Source: Octopus vulgaris (lineage: Eukaryota). Taken from it: DNA of 64,000 nt. The first letter of the stretch is position 1. Every line of letters starts with the position of its first letter. The notes beneath the pieces are model-generated. The model had not been told where the DNA came from, searched no databases, and saw only the letters and a program-made list of their open reading frames with translations. Shown piece by piece: positions 12,690 to 27,324 of the stretch. Both the position numbers and the translations under genes were made by a program. The DNA lies in the NCBI GenBank assembly GCA_951406725.2, contig OX597815.1, positions 209,250,001-209,314,000 of the forward strand. The letters are read 5' to 3'.

Positions 12690-13010
12690 CATTAGAAAGT
12701 AATAGACCAGATATTTCAGTCATAGGTAAGGCCAAGCGAATTTACTTACTTATCGACCCATCATACACATTTGATTCCAGGATCATAAAGAAAGAGGAAG
12801 AAAAACAAAGAAAATGCAATCCTTTGTATGTGAAATAGGAAGAATCTGGAGCCTGTGAAGAGTAAAGGTTGTGTCTGTAATAATTGGTGTCTCTGGGAAC
12901 AGTGAGCCAAAATATAGACAAATGGCTGATGGAGGTTGAAATAGAATGCGTGGTAGAGCTTAGGGGCAGCAATGATTAGCAGGAGGGTTCGAAGCACTTG
13001 AAAGACTGCC
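12690..13010 (+). pseudogene. Dong/R4-type LINE fragment, restriction-like endonuclease region
   Basis: NRPDISVI...YLLID...KEEEK matches the RLE PD..D...K motif; frameshifted. Confidence 0.65.
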
Positions 13011-13059
13011 AAAAACGTGTGGTTACCTAAGGTTACAGGTAGCAACCGGCTATGCATAT

Positions 13060-14435
13060 AAATACTACCAGGAATAAGATCAAACCTGAGCCTTGTTTCT
13101 GTGGCCCATAGCAAACAAGCTGATGTAGACCAGAAGCACACTGATCAGGGGCTATGGAGCTCAGGTGGAGGCGCAATGGCCCAGTGGTTAGGGCAGCGGA
13201 CTCGCGGTCATAGGATCGCGGTTTCGATTCCCAGACCGGGCGTTGTGAGTGTTTATGGAGCGAAAACACCTAAAAGCTCCACGAGGCTCTGGCAGGGGAT
13301 GGTGGGGATCCCTGCTGTACTCTTTCACCACAACTTTCTCTCACTCTTTCTTCCTGTTTCTGTTGTACCTGTATTTCAAAGGACCGGCCTTGTCACTCTC
13401 TGTGTCACGCTGAATATCCCCGAGAACTACGTTAAGGGTTCACGTGTCTGTGGAGTGCTCAGCCACTTACACGTTAATTTCACGAGCTGGCTGTTCCATT
13501 GATCAGATCAACCGGAACCCTCGTCGTCGTAACCGACGGAGTGCTTCCTATGGAGCTCAGGACTAAAGGCTTTATCTTAGCTGCTCAAGATCAGAGCATT
13601 TTTACCTGGAACTATCAAGCCAATGTGATGAAAAATGGTGTAGACCCAAAGTGCCGATATTGCAAGATGGGATTGAAACAGTGGACCACCTAATCTCTAG
13701 GTGTTAGGTTTTAGCACCTGTAGAGTACAAGCCAAGACACCATGGAGCTGGCCAATATCTACATTGGAAAATGTGTCGGCATTATAAAATCAAAACAGCT
13801 GACAAATGGTACAAGCACAACCCTGAGGTTGTAACTGAGTGAGAAAATGTGACGGTTCTTTGGGACTTCGCAGTGTGTACAGACTGGACTGTCAAAGCAA
13901 ACAAACCAGATATTGTTGTGAAAGACCAAAACAATAAAGTCTGTTTATTGATTGACATGAGCATATCCTGTGACCATAATATCTCGGCAAAAGAATTTGA
14001 TAAGCTCAGAAAATATAAAGATTTGCTAATCGAAATTGAAAAGATGTGGCATCTCAAGACAGTTACAATACCAGTGATTGTAGGAGTAAATGGAATGATC
14101 AAAGAAGGAACTGAAAATTATTTAAGAATGATCCCTGGCTTACCATCCATGCAGGAAGTGCAAAAGATTGTCTTAAATGGTATGTCACATGTATTGAGAA
14201 GAGCATTGTTGCTGTGAATTTTCTTTCCCTTTTCCCCGCCTTTATTTTTTTATTTACTTTTTTATTTTTTATTTTTCCTTTTTCTCTCTGTCTTTCTTCC
14301 TCTTTTTCTTTATCACATGACTTTGTAAGTGAACAATCTGGTGTATTTATTTTGATGACCTACCAATGTATACAGTGCGTTTCACTGCCCTAGGTGTCAG
14401 GAGGATACTCGGCAAAAAGTGGAAACAGAGTTGAA
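13060..14435 (+). mobile_element. Dong/R4-clade LINE 3' part (CCHC knuckle, RLE, 3' UTR), interrupted by SINE C
   Basis: GFILAAQDQS, KCRYC..ETVDHL, VLWDF..TD..VKANKPDIVV..CLLIDM..KLRKYKDL; followed by (TAA)n, the known Dong target type. Confidence 0.85.
13166..13547 (+). mobile_element. SINE family C, full length
   Basis: 14-bp TSD CTATGGAGCTCAGG at 13152-13165 and 13548-13561. Confidence 0.92.
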
Positions 14436-14659
14436 AGATGATAATGGAAATAATAATAATAATAATAATAATTTCAAATTTTGGCACAAAACCCTACATC
14501 AACCCTAGTACTCAACTGATACTTATATTATCAACCCCCAAAAAGGTGAAAGGCAAAGTCAGCCTAGACAGAATTTTGAACTCAGAACATGAAATGATAA
14601 TAATGATGATAATAATATTAATAATAATGATGATGATGATGATGAAAATAATAATAATA

Positions 14660-14767
<108 letters not shown>

Positions 14768-14799
14768 TTAATGTTAATTATGTTAATAATATTGATAAT

Positions 14800-15310
14800 A
14801 AAATACACATGCTTACTGATAAATATTTCAATCCCTTCTGACCAAAATGTTGCCCAAAAGGAAGTGGGGTTATTAGTCAAAGTACAAAGCCCTCAAAATT
14901 GAAACATTCAAAATGTGGAGCATGAAGGTGAAAACAATACCAGTAATAATTGGAGCATTTGGGCATAATAAAAAAAAAACATATGAAGGAATACTGTAGA
15001 AGCTATACCTGGACCCATAATGCTACACACTATCCAAAAAACAGCCCTGCTAGGAACAGCTCACGTCCTTTGCAAGACACTACCGATTCAATAATACAAC
15101 CCAGACAAAACAATTCCCAAACACAAGACACACTCTATATAGCAAATATCCAATAAAATAAACAACCACCAGCAGGCTTTGTACCCAGAGGAACACAGCT
15201 GACATTACACACACAATATAATATACAAACTCTAATACAAAAAAAGAATGCAACCAGACCCCATAACAAAACCAAATGATGCAATACAATACTAGGAAGA
15301 GTTTGCACTC
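14800..15310 (+). mobile_element. Dong/R4-clade LINE 3' fragment, second family
   Basis: CLLINISIPSDQN..KYKALKIE..MWSMKVKTIPVIIGA..IQKTALLGTAHVL; directly after (TAA)n. Confidence 0.75.
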
Positions 15311-15544
15311 CCCCAACAACAACAACAACAACAAAAAAGACACACAATGCCCCCCCCCCCCCCAACAACAACAACAACACAGAGGTGTAGCAGATGATGA
15401 AGTAGAAACTTGCTTGCCTGAAATTTACCAAATGTTAAATAATAATAACGATCATGATGATGGTGGTGGTGGTGGTGGTGGTGGTGATGATGATGACGCC
15501 ACTGCTGCCGCTGATGATAATAATTGATTAAATGATCAATTGAT

Positions 15545-16250
15545 TGATTGTAGGAGCACTAAGAATGATCAAGAAAGGAACTGAAAATTATTTGAGAATG
15601 ATTCCTGGCTTACTATCCATGCAGGAAGTGCAAAAGATTATTTTAACTGGCAATGTCACATGTGCTGAAAAGAGCATCGTTGATGTGGGAACTATTACCA
15701 CCCATCTAGTTTCACTTTGGCCTTAGCGAAGGCAGAGGTATTGTTTTCAGTCATGTTTGTTTGTTTGTCCATAGACAAGACATTGCAAGAACTGCCGGAT
15801 GGATTTGGATGAAACTTTCAGGGATGTTTGACCTCATGACTGGCATGGACTGATTAGATTTTGGTAATGAGCTTGTACCAGACAAGGATTCTGGGTTATT
15901 TTTCCTGTTTCTTTACTTAATTCTTGAGAGTGGTCAGATTCATTTTTAGTATTCTCATTTGTGAGAGCAGTCGAGTTTATTTCAGATATTCCCATTTTAA
16001 AAATCCTCTCTGTCTAATCGCTGAGAGGACATTAACATTGCCTTGGGGGAGGTTTGCACTTTCTGAGTGCTCTTGTTATTTTTTTTATTTTTCAATTTAC
16101 AAAATTTTTTCACATATTTTCATTTCATTTTGAACATGAACAATCTGGTGTGTTTAATTTTATGGCGGCCTATCGATGTATACAGTGAATTTCTTTATCC
16201 TAGGTGTCAGGAAGACACTTGGCAAGAAAAGAACACAAACCTGAAAGAAG
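15545..16250 (+). mobile_element. Dong/R4 3' fragment (same family as 13060), split by an insertion
   Basis: IVGALRMIKKGTENYLRMIPGL..MQEVQKI nearly identical to 14075-14200; 3' UTR resumes at ~16080. Confidence 0.8.
15695..16077 (+). mobile_element. Helentron/DINE-1-like non-autonomous element
   Basis: Layout of GGTATTGTTTTC, (TTTG)n, GGATTTGGATGAAACTTTCAGG and end GCCTTGGGGGAGGTTTGCACT..GAGTGC resembles Helentron-associated elements; recognised by resemblance only. Confidence 0.5.
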
Positions 16251-16682
16251 AAAAAAATACTCATAATAATAATGACAATGATAATTTATAATCTTAAGCA
16301 CAAAGCCAAAACTTTGGAAGGAGAGGAGTAATCAATTACACAGACCCTAGTGTATCACTGGTACTTACTTTATCAATTCCAGAGACATGAAAAGCAAATT
16401 TGAAGTCAGAGCAAAATGAGTAAGAATAATTACCTGGAAGCAATTCTGCCAATTGGCCATTTTAATCAATAGTGTTGGTATTGATAATTATAGTAATGGG
16501 TTTTGAATATCAGATTCGGTAGTGCACCAGACATACATATCTGGCAGTATTCAGTTACATCCCTTTACATTTTGTGTTCAAATCCCATTGGACGGATTGA
16601 TTCCACCTTTCATCTTTCTAGTATCAATAAAATGAAATATATGCTACTCAAATATATATCTCAATTAATTAGTTAGCAATCC

Positions 16683-18780
<2,098 letters not shown>

Positions 18781-19246
18781 TACTCTTTTTTACGCTTTTA
18801 CTTGTTTCAGTCATTTGACTGTGGCCATGCTGGAGCACCGCCTTTAGTCGAGCAGATCGACCCCGGGACTTATTCTTTGTAAGCCCAGTACTTATTCTAT
18901 CGGTCTCTTTTGCCGAACCGCTAAGTAACGGGGACGTAAACACACCAGCATCGGTTGTCAAGCAATGCTAGGGGGACAAACACAGACACACAAACACACA
19001 CATACATATATATATATACTAGCAGTATCGCCCGGCGTTGCTCACACAACTAGAGTTTTATATATATAGATATACATATATACGACAGGCTTCTTTCAGT
19101 TTCCGTCTACCAAATCCACTCACAAGGCATTGGTCGGCCCAGGGCTATAGCAGAAGATACTTGCCTAAGATGCCACGCAGTGGGACTGAACCTGGAACCA
19201 TGTGGTTGGTTAGCAAGCTACTTACCACACAGCCACTCCTGCGCCT
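18781..19246 (-). mobile_element. SINE family A containing a mini-Helitron
   Basis: Full A sequence; insertion lies within the central (TA)n. Confidence 0.9.
19019..19070 (-). mobile_element. Minimal Helitron derivative (52 bp)
   Basis: 5' TC start and 3' CTAG end on the minus strand, between A and T; terminal 25 bp identical to the Helitron end at 62235. Confidence 0.7.
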
Positions 19247-19249
19247 TAA

Positions 19250-19283
<34 letters not shown>

Positions 19284-19319
19284 GTTTTTATTATTATTAT
19301 TTTCATTATTATTAATATT

Positions 19320-19510
19320 GTGGAGGCATATGGCTTAGTGGTTAGGGCGTCAGCATCATGATCATAAGATTGTGGCTTCAATTCCTGGACTGGGCGACGC
19401 GTTGTGTTCTTGAGCAAAACACTTCATTTCACGTTGCTCCAGTCCACTCAGCTGGCAAAAATGAGTAACGCCGTGATGGACTGGTGTCCTGTCCAGCTGG
19501 GGAACACATG
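19320..19510 (+). mobile_element. SINE family D
   Basis: tRNA-like head, CTTGAGCAAAACACTTCATTTCACGTTGCTCC core, GATGGACTGG tail. Confidence 0.85.
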
Positions 19511-19514
19511 GCCT

Positions 19515-19703
19515 GAAATTCGTGGGGAAGTGGTAAGTCAGTCACATCAACCGCATTGTTTCACTGGTACTTAATTTATTGACCCCTGAAAGGGCGAAAG
19601 GCAAAGTCAACCTTGGCAGAATTTGAACTCAGAATGTAAAGGCAGACGAAATGCTGCTAAGCATTTTGTCCGTCGTGCTAACGATTGTACCTGCTCACTA
19701 CCT
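19515..19703 (-). mobile_element. SINE family B, short tail
   Basis: Reverse complement of B head and core. Confidence 0.75.
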
Positions 19704-19724
19704 TATTAATATTAATAACAAGTG

Positions 19725-19925
19725 TTTGCCAGCCCCGTCTGGCACATAAAAAGCACCCACTACACTCACGGAGTGGTTGGCGTTAGGAAGGGCATCCAGC
19801 TGTAGAAACATTGCCAGATCGGACTGGGCCTGGTGCAGCCTTCTGGCTTCCCAGACCACAGTTGAACCGTCCAACCCATGCTAGCATGGAAAGCGGATGC
19901 TAAATGATGATGATGATGATGATGA
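19725..19925 (+). mobile_element. Retroposon family E 3' end
   Basis: Same 3' sequence and (GAT)n tail as 11630. Confidence 0.85.
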
Positions 19926-20473
19926 ATAATAACAGCAATAATAATAAAAATTCTAATAAAATAATAATTCTGATAAAAATGCTTAGCAACAGTTTAATAT
20001 TTGCTGTAGTTCGATTCCCATATTCAATTGTTCTCTGTATTTTATTGAAATTTTTTTTTTCATTTTTTGTTTTATTTTCTTTCTGACTCACCCTTCAATC
20101 AAACATCAACTATCAGGTGCAAACTCATACATTATAAGGGAAATGTATAAACGATTATATCAAAACTCAGCTATTACTTAACTTGTACATTATTTTATTA
20201 ATCAAACTGGATCTGTCACGGTTGGATGATGTTACCCCTGGTAGCACTGTCCTCATCCTTGTCTAATATTTATATCTCTATCACTACCATAAAAAATGCT
20301 GTTCTGCTGCTATTCCAAATTTTTTGGCAATGTCCTTGTTCCTCTCAGGTGTATTTATTGGCCCCCCCCTCCATTTCTTACAGGTAGCTGTTGTGTTACC
20401 ATTATTTCTCCTGCTAGATGGTGTGTGTGTAAAAGACACATTCTGCCATTGTATATTTATGTGTGCATATGTA

Positions 20474-20682
20474 CAAGGGGTTGCTAAATAGTTCCTGGCT
20501 TTGGGTAAAAGAAAATACTGGAGGATCAGTTAATTATGATTTTATTCAACGTATTCCCATCAGAGATTCACACACTTATTGCAACAATCCTTCAGTTTTT
20601 TTAAGCTGTGTAATAAGCTGTGTAATAAGACTCAGTTGGTTGGGCCTCCAGTCAGATCTTTCGCATTACCTGGAACCCCTTG
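20474..20682. mobile_element. Mariner-type MITE
   Basis: TA|CAAGGGGTT...AACCCCTTG|TA termini with TA duplication. Confidence 0.65.
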
Positions 20683-20893
20683 TATATGTGTGTGTTTGTG
20701 TGTGTGTATATATACATATGTATATATGTGTGCGTGTGTGTGTGTGTGTGTGTGTATTTCCCCCTCCATTTTTTAAAGAAGTCATGGGCCAACAAGATTT
20801 TGGGATCTGACAATACACCATAAAACTAAACCCTTTATGGGCAGGAAACTTAAGGTAATCCCATAATCTGGCCTTCCCCATTTTTAATATATA

Positions 20894-21016
<123 letters not shown>

Positions 21017-21017
21017 G

Positions 21018-21315
21018 TGGAGGTACAATGGCCCAGTGGTTAGGGCTGCGGACTTGCGGTTGTAGGATCGCGATTTTGATTCCCAGACCGGGCGTTGTGA
21101 GTGTTTATTGAACAAAAGCACCTAAAGCTCCATGAGGCTCTGGCAGGGGATGGTGGTGATCTCAAATTGTACTCTTTCGCCACAACTTTCTCTCACTCTT
21201 TTTTCTTAGCCAGCAGGGTGGCGTCATTTGAAGGCTAAAACAAGGCAAAGCGCATTGTGACCAGTGATGTGTAGCAACATCTGATAGCCTGGTCGGTCAC
21301 AGTGATCACGGTGAT
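21018..21315 (+). mobile_element. SINE family C with alternative tail
   Basis: C head and body to CACAACTTTCTCTCACTC, then a different 3' part. Confidence 0.8.
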
Positions 21316-21328
21316 ATATATATATATA

Positions 21329-21728
21329 GGCGCAGGAGTGGCTGTGTGGTAAGTAGCTTGCTTACCAACCACATGGTTCCGGGTTCAGTCCCACTGCGTG
21401 GCATCTTGGGCAAGTGTCTTCTGCTATAGCCTCAGGCCGACCAATGCCTTGTGAGTGGATTTGGTAGACGGACTGAAAGAAGCCTGTCGTATATATGTAT
21501 ATATATGTATTTGTGTGTATGTTTGTGTGTCTGTGATTGTCCCCCTAGCATTGCTTGAGAACCGATGCTGGTGTGTTTACGTCCCCGTCACTTAGCGGTT
21601 CGGCAAAAGAGACCAATAGAATAAGTACTGGGCTTAGAAAGAATAAGTCCTGGGTCGATTTTCTCAACTAAAGGCAGTGCTCCAGCATGGCCGCAGTCAA
21701 ATGACTGAAACAAGTAAGAGTAAAAGAG
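21329..21728 (+). mobile_element. SINE family A, full length (reference copy)
   Basis: A-box TGGCTGTGTGG, B-box GGTTCAGTCCC, CORE-like CTTGGGCAAGTG, central (TA/TG)n, 3' stem-loop CAGTCA-AA-TGACTG. Confidence 0.92.
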
Positions 21729-22234
21729 AGAGTATGATGCTCGACGATGATGATGGTAATGATGACAATGACAAAGCAACGATGACAACAATGACGACGG
21801 TGATGATGAAAATGATGATGATGACAATGTTGATGATGATGATGATGATGATGATGACGACGATGATGATGATGATGATGATGATGACGATGATGATGAT
21901 GATGAGAATGGCAACGATGCCAACAATGATGATGGTCATGATGAAAATGATGATGCTGGTGATGACACTGACAATGTTGATAACGAGGATAATAATGATG
22001 ATGATGATGATGATGATGACAAGAATGATGACAACGACAATGATGATGATAATGATGCATGGAAAAGCTACATTTGAATGAGAAGTCAGGCTTCTATGTT
22101 TAATGCATCATTCTCAAAATTTTGAACATTTATGAAATTCTAGAACTGCATATCTAATAATGAATCTTTGCATATTGCCCTTTTTCAATTTGTGAAGATG
22201 GAAAAAAGTGAAATCTAAATACTTTTCTTCAGGT

Positions 22235-22612
22235 TTACTCTCTTTTACTCTCTTTTACTTGTTTCAGTCATTTGACTGCGGCCATGCTGGAGCACCGCCT
22301 TTTAATCGAGCAACCCGACCCCAGGACTTATTCTTTTGTAAGCCCAGTACTTATTTTATCGGTCTCTTTTGCCAAACCGCTAAGTAATGGGGACATAAAC
22401 ACACCAGCATCAGTTGTCAAGCAATGCTAGGGGGACAAACACAGACACACAAACACACACATATATATATATATACATATATACGACAGGCTTCTTTCAG
22501 TTTCCGTCTACCAAATCCACTCACAAGGCATTGGTCGGCCCGGGGTTATAGCAGAACCCGGAACCATGTGGTTGGTTAGCAAGCTACTTAACACACAGCC
22601 ACACCTGCGCCT
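22235..22612 (-). mobile_element. SINE family A
   Basis: Match to A with a small internal deletion. Confidence 0.9.
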
Positions 22613-22744
22613 ATGAAACAAACTTGCTAAAACTTGATTAATAATGAATTTTCATTGCAGTAAAATGAAAATCTAATTGTAAAAGAATTTCTGTCTCATA
22701 TGTAGTAAAGTAAAAATCTTACGTGGTTTCATCTATATGTATGC

Positions 22745-22955
22745 TTGTGCCGCCAGACAGGCTCCCATGTAAGGTAGCATGTAAAAAAACACCTTTTGAG
22801 CATGGTCGTTGTCAGAACTGCCTGACTGGCCCTCATGCTGGTGGCATGTTAAAAGCACCCACTACACTCTCAGAGTGGTTGGCATTAAGAAGCGCATTTA
22901 GCTGTAGAAACTTTGCCAGATCAGATTGGAGCCTGGTGCAGCCTTCTGGCTCACT
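22745..22955 (+). mobile_element. Retroposon family E fragment
   Basis: Two degenerate modules followed by the AAAAGCACCCACTACACTCTC block. Confidence 0.7.
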
Positions 22956-23072
22956 ATGGGACAGTCGGACAAGTTGGTTTGAGAAAATTTGGTTTAAATG
23001 TTTGACAACTCAGCACTGTCCATTGGACGTGGGGGGGGGGCGTTTTGCTTGTATATATATATATATATATAT

Positions 23073-23402
23073 GATGGGCTTCTTTCAGTTTCTGTATACA
23101 TTCCACCCACAAGGATTTGGTTGGCCTGAGGCTATGGTAAAAGACACTTTCCCAAGGTGCCACATGCCACATAGTGGGACTGAACCTGGAAACATGTGAT
23201 TGGGAAGCAAGATTCCTACCACACAGCCATGCCTGTGGCTATCAAATATATGACAGGCACAGTTTTCATCTAGTAAATCCACTCATAAATCTATAGACAA
23301 CCTGGGGCTATAGTATAAAATACTTGCTCAAGCTGCCATGCAATGTGACTATAACTGAAACTATGGGAAGAAATTTCTTACCTCACAGCTATGCCTGCAT
23401 CT
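23073..23402 (-). mobile_element. Two tandem SINE A 5' halves
   Basis: Repeated head/core segments, degenerate. Confidence 0.65.
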
Positions 23403-23687
23403 ATAGTTATTCCAAATTATTTTTATTCTTGCATTAATGTGTTACACCTTTATTTAACCTTTAATTATTTCCTACATACGATCAATAAGCATCCAGACAG
23501 TTGCCATAGGAACGAAGCTAAAATAATCAGAGTAAAGCTGCTAGGCAAAAATTTACCTTAATCTACTGTGCTTGCACACTAAATTTAACGTTCTAGCTCA
23601 CTTCTGCTGTTTACAGCCAGCAGTGCTTGGAAGGAAGGTGTGTAGCATGTGATCTTTGCACTGACCATGACAGAAAAAGTTGTCATG

Positions 23688-23920
23688 AAGGCATCGAGCT
23701 GGCAGAAACGTTAGCACGCTGTGTGAAATGCTTAGTGGTATTTCATCTGCTGCTACATTTTGAGTTCAAATTCTGCTGAGGTCAACTCTGCCTTTCATCC
23801 TTTCAGGGTCGATAAATTAAGTACCAGTTACGCACTGGGGTCGATGTAATTGACTTAATACCTATGTATGTCCTTGTTTGTCTCTTCTGTGTTTAGCCCC
23901 TTGTGGGCAATAAAGAAATA
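23688..23920 (+). mobile_element. SINE family B (long tail)
   Basis: 16-bp TSD AGAAAAAGTTGTCATG at 23672-23687 and 23921-23936. Confidence 0.92.
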
Positions 23921-24185
23921 AGAAAAAGTTGTCATGGTGATACCTGCTCAGAGGCCTGTGCAAAGTTGCAGAAAGAGTATGGAGAGGAGTGTGTGAGCTG
24001 CACACAAGTGTGCAAGTGGTTCAGATGTTTCCAAGATGGCCGAAAAATTGTCGATATTGGCAAACGTTCTGGGAGACCCACAACCAGCAGAACTGAGAAA
24101 AACATCACAGATGTTCATGCAGCTGGGAGGGGAAATCATCGAATCACCATCCATGAGTTATCAGAGGATATGCAGATTAGTTATG

Positions 24186-24402
24186 TATTTCACTACTGCC
24201 CACAAGGGGCTAAACACAGAGGGGACAAACGGATTATGTCGATTACATCGACCCCAGTGCGTAACTGGTACTTAATTTATCGACCCCGAAAGGATGAAAG
24301 GCAAAGTCGACCTCGGCGGAATTTGAACTCAGAACGTAACGGCAGACGAAATACGGCTACGCATTTCGCCCGGCGTGCTAACGTTTCTGCCAGCTCGCCG
24401 CC
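24186..24402 (-). mobile_element. SINE family B (long tail)
   Basis: 17-bp TSD TATGCAGATTAGTTATG at 24169-24185 and 24403-24419. Confidence 0.92.
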
Positions 24403-24859
24403 TATGCAGATTAGTTATGGTTGAGTTCTGTCCATTATCACTGAAGATTTGGGTATGGGATGCATGTCTGCCAAGTTTTTGCCAAAACTGCTTTCATCTG
24501 ACCAAAAAGACACTTGGGTTTCAGTTGCACAAAATCTCCTTGATTGCATCAAAAATGATGGAAACTTTTTGAACACTTTGCGTAGGTCTCTGCACAGGAA
24601 TTGCCAAGCTTTTGGCAAAATTTGATGCGGATTCTTTCCTCAACTTTCTCTGTCATGGTCAATGCAACGATCACACACTACACACCTTCCTTCCAATCAC
24701 TGCTGTAAACAGCAGAAGCGAGCTAGACTGTTAAAACTTAGTGCACATGCACAGCAGATGTTAAGGTTGATCCGTGCCAAGTGGCTTTACTCTGCATGCT
24801 TTAGCTTCGTTACTATGACAACAGTCTGGATACTTATTGATCAGACCACGTGTATGTAA

Positions 24860-25470
<611 letters not shown>

Positions 25471-25486
25471 TATATGTATATTTTTT

Positions 25487-25896
25487 TCTTTATGCCCTTA
25501 ACCCTCCAATGCTGAGTATCGGCCACTTATAGTTGAATTCCATGTCGCAGAATTTTTCGCTTCTGTACTTATACTCAGCCATGAATGTCCCCCTTTCTCT
25601 AGTTCCTTTTGTGTTGATCTACACCACGAGTTCTTAGGCCTACCTCTCTTTCTATATCCATCCGAATTCCACTGTAAAGCACTTTTCGCTACATTTGTTG
25701 TGTCTTTTCTAATTGTGCTACCAATCCACTTCCACTTATTCTTAAATATTTGCTCCCTAATCCAAACTTGATTTCTTCTTTGCCATAGCTCCATATTGCT
25801 TATGTGTTCGGGCCATCTAATTTTAAGTATACTACGCAAGCATCTGTTGATGAATGATTGTATTTGCTTATTTGACTTAACTGTTGTTCGCCATGT
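25487..25896 (-). mobile_element. RTE-clade LINE 3' end
   Basis: CLRSILKIRWPEHISNMELW...KWKWIGSTIRK...ALQW...RKRGRPKNSW matches the RTE ORF2 C-terminus. Confidence 0.9.
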
Positions 25897-25902
25897 CTAT
25901 AT

Positions 25903-26310
25903 ACTCTTTACTCTTTTACTTGTTTCAGTCATTTGACTGCGGCCATGCTGGAGCACCACCTTTAGTCGAGCATATCGACCCTGGGACTTATTCTTTGTAA
26001 GCCCAGTACTTATTCTATCGGTCTCTTTTGCCGAACCGCTAAGTGATGAGGACGTAAACATACCAGCATCGGTTGTCAAACAATGCTAGGGGGACAAACA
26101 CAGACATACAAATACACACATACATATACACATATATACATATATACGACAGGCTTCTTTCAGTTTCCGTCTACCAAATCCACTCACAAGGCATTGGTCA
26201 GCCCGGGGCTATAGCAGAAGACACTTGCCCAAGATGCCACGCAGTGGGACTGAACCCGGAACCATGTGGTTGGTTAGCAAGCTACTTACCACACAGCCAC
26301 TCCTGTGCCT
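25903..26310 (-). mobile_element. SINE family A, full length
   Basis: Match to A consensus. Confidence 0.92.
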
Positions 26311-26853
26311 ATTATATGTATATTAATATACCATAATGTTATATCTACTCTAAGCGTATATAATTACTACCTTATATCATAATACTATTGCTGTTTTATG
26401 TGTATATGATTGCTGCCTTCTTTGGTTAATTCTTATTTTTAAAAAATATCCTTGCAAACTGTTGGAATGATTCCAATAGAAAAATGCCAAAATCTTATTC
26501 GTTTCTCTTTTAGTATGCAATTTTGTAATACCAATTACTTTTATATATTATATTTTGGAAAATTTGTTATGAGTTTTTATTCGTTTATTTTTTGCAAATT
26601 ATCAAAGGAAAAATATTTAATTGTAATCATTCACTATTTGGGTCAATTGAAAAAATTTTAAACCGATAATCGAGGTTATTTTCTTATTAAAATTGTGTGT
26701 GTGTGTTTGTGCGTGTGTGTGTGTATGTGAGTGTGTGTGTGGTGTGTTTGTATGTGTCTGAGTGTGTGTTTGTGTGAGTGTTTGTGTGTGTATATATGTA
26801 TGAATATGTACATGTATGGATATACATATATATATGTGTGTACACACACATAC

Positions 26854-26886
<33 letters not shown>

Positions 26887-27324
26887 TGTGTGACTGTGTG
26901 TGTATATGTGCATTTGTCTGTGTATGAGTATGTGTGTCTATGTATGTATATATATATATATATATGCGTATGTGCGTGTATATATAATTAATAAATTAAT
27001 TTGTATCCAGTAGATCTAACTCAATATATATATAAACATATATATATATAGTGAAAGAGAGAGAGGGAGGGAGAGAGAGAGAGAGAGAAACCAATTAATA
27101 AGTAAATGAATGTAATTTCGAATGATAAAGTCAGGATGTATCAAAGGTGTTGTTTTAAAACCTTTTAGACAATATATAATATTCAAGTCTTCTGGGACAA
27201 CTCAAATAGCAGCAAATTACCAAACACCTGATTGATGTTGTTGTCATTGTTGTTGGTGTTTAGTCTCATGTTTGCCCTCATCAAGTGAACTTATGGCCAA
27301 AAATATTTCGGTCATCGTCTATTA

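Larger units (their letters stand above)
23477..24852 (+). mobile_element. Mariner-derived non-autonomous element with long inverted ends
   Basis: Transposase N-terminal relic (KLQKEYGEECVS..QVCKWFRCFQDGR..KRSGRPTT); 3' end is an inverted copy of the 5' end; contains two SINE B insertions. Confidence 0.85.

Noticed and set aside
13166-13240. tRNA genes at SINE heads (families A-D)
   Set aside because: A/B boxes are present, but the heads continue into SINE bodies with TSDs and I could not fold a full cloverleaf.
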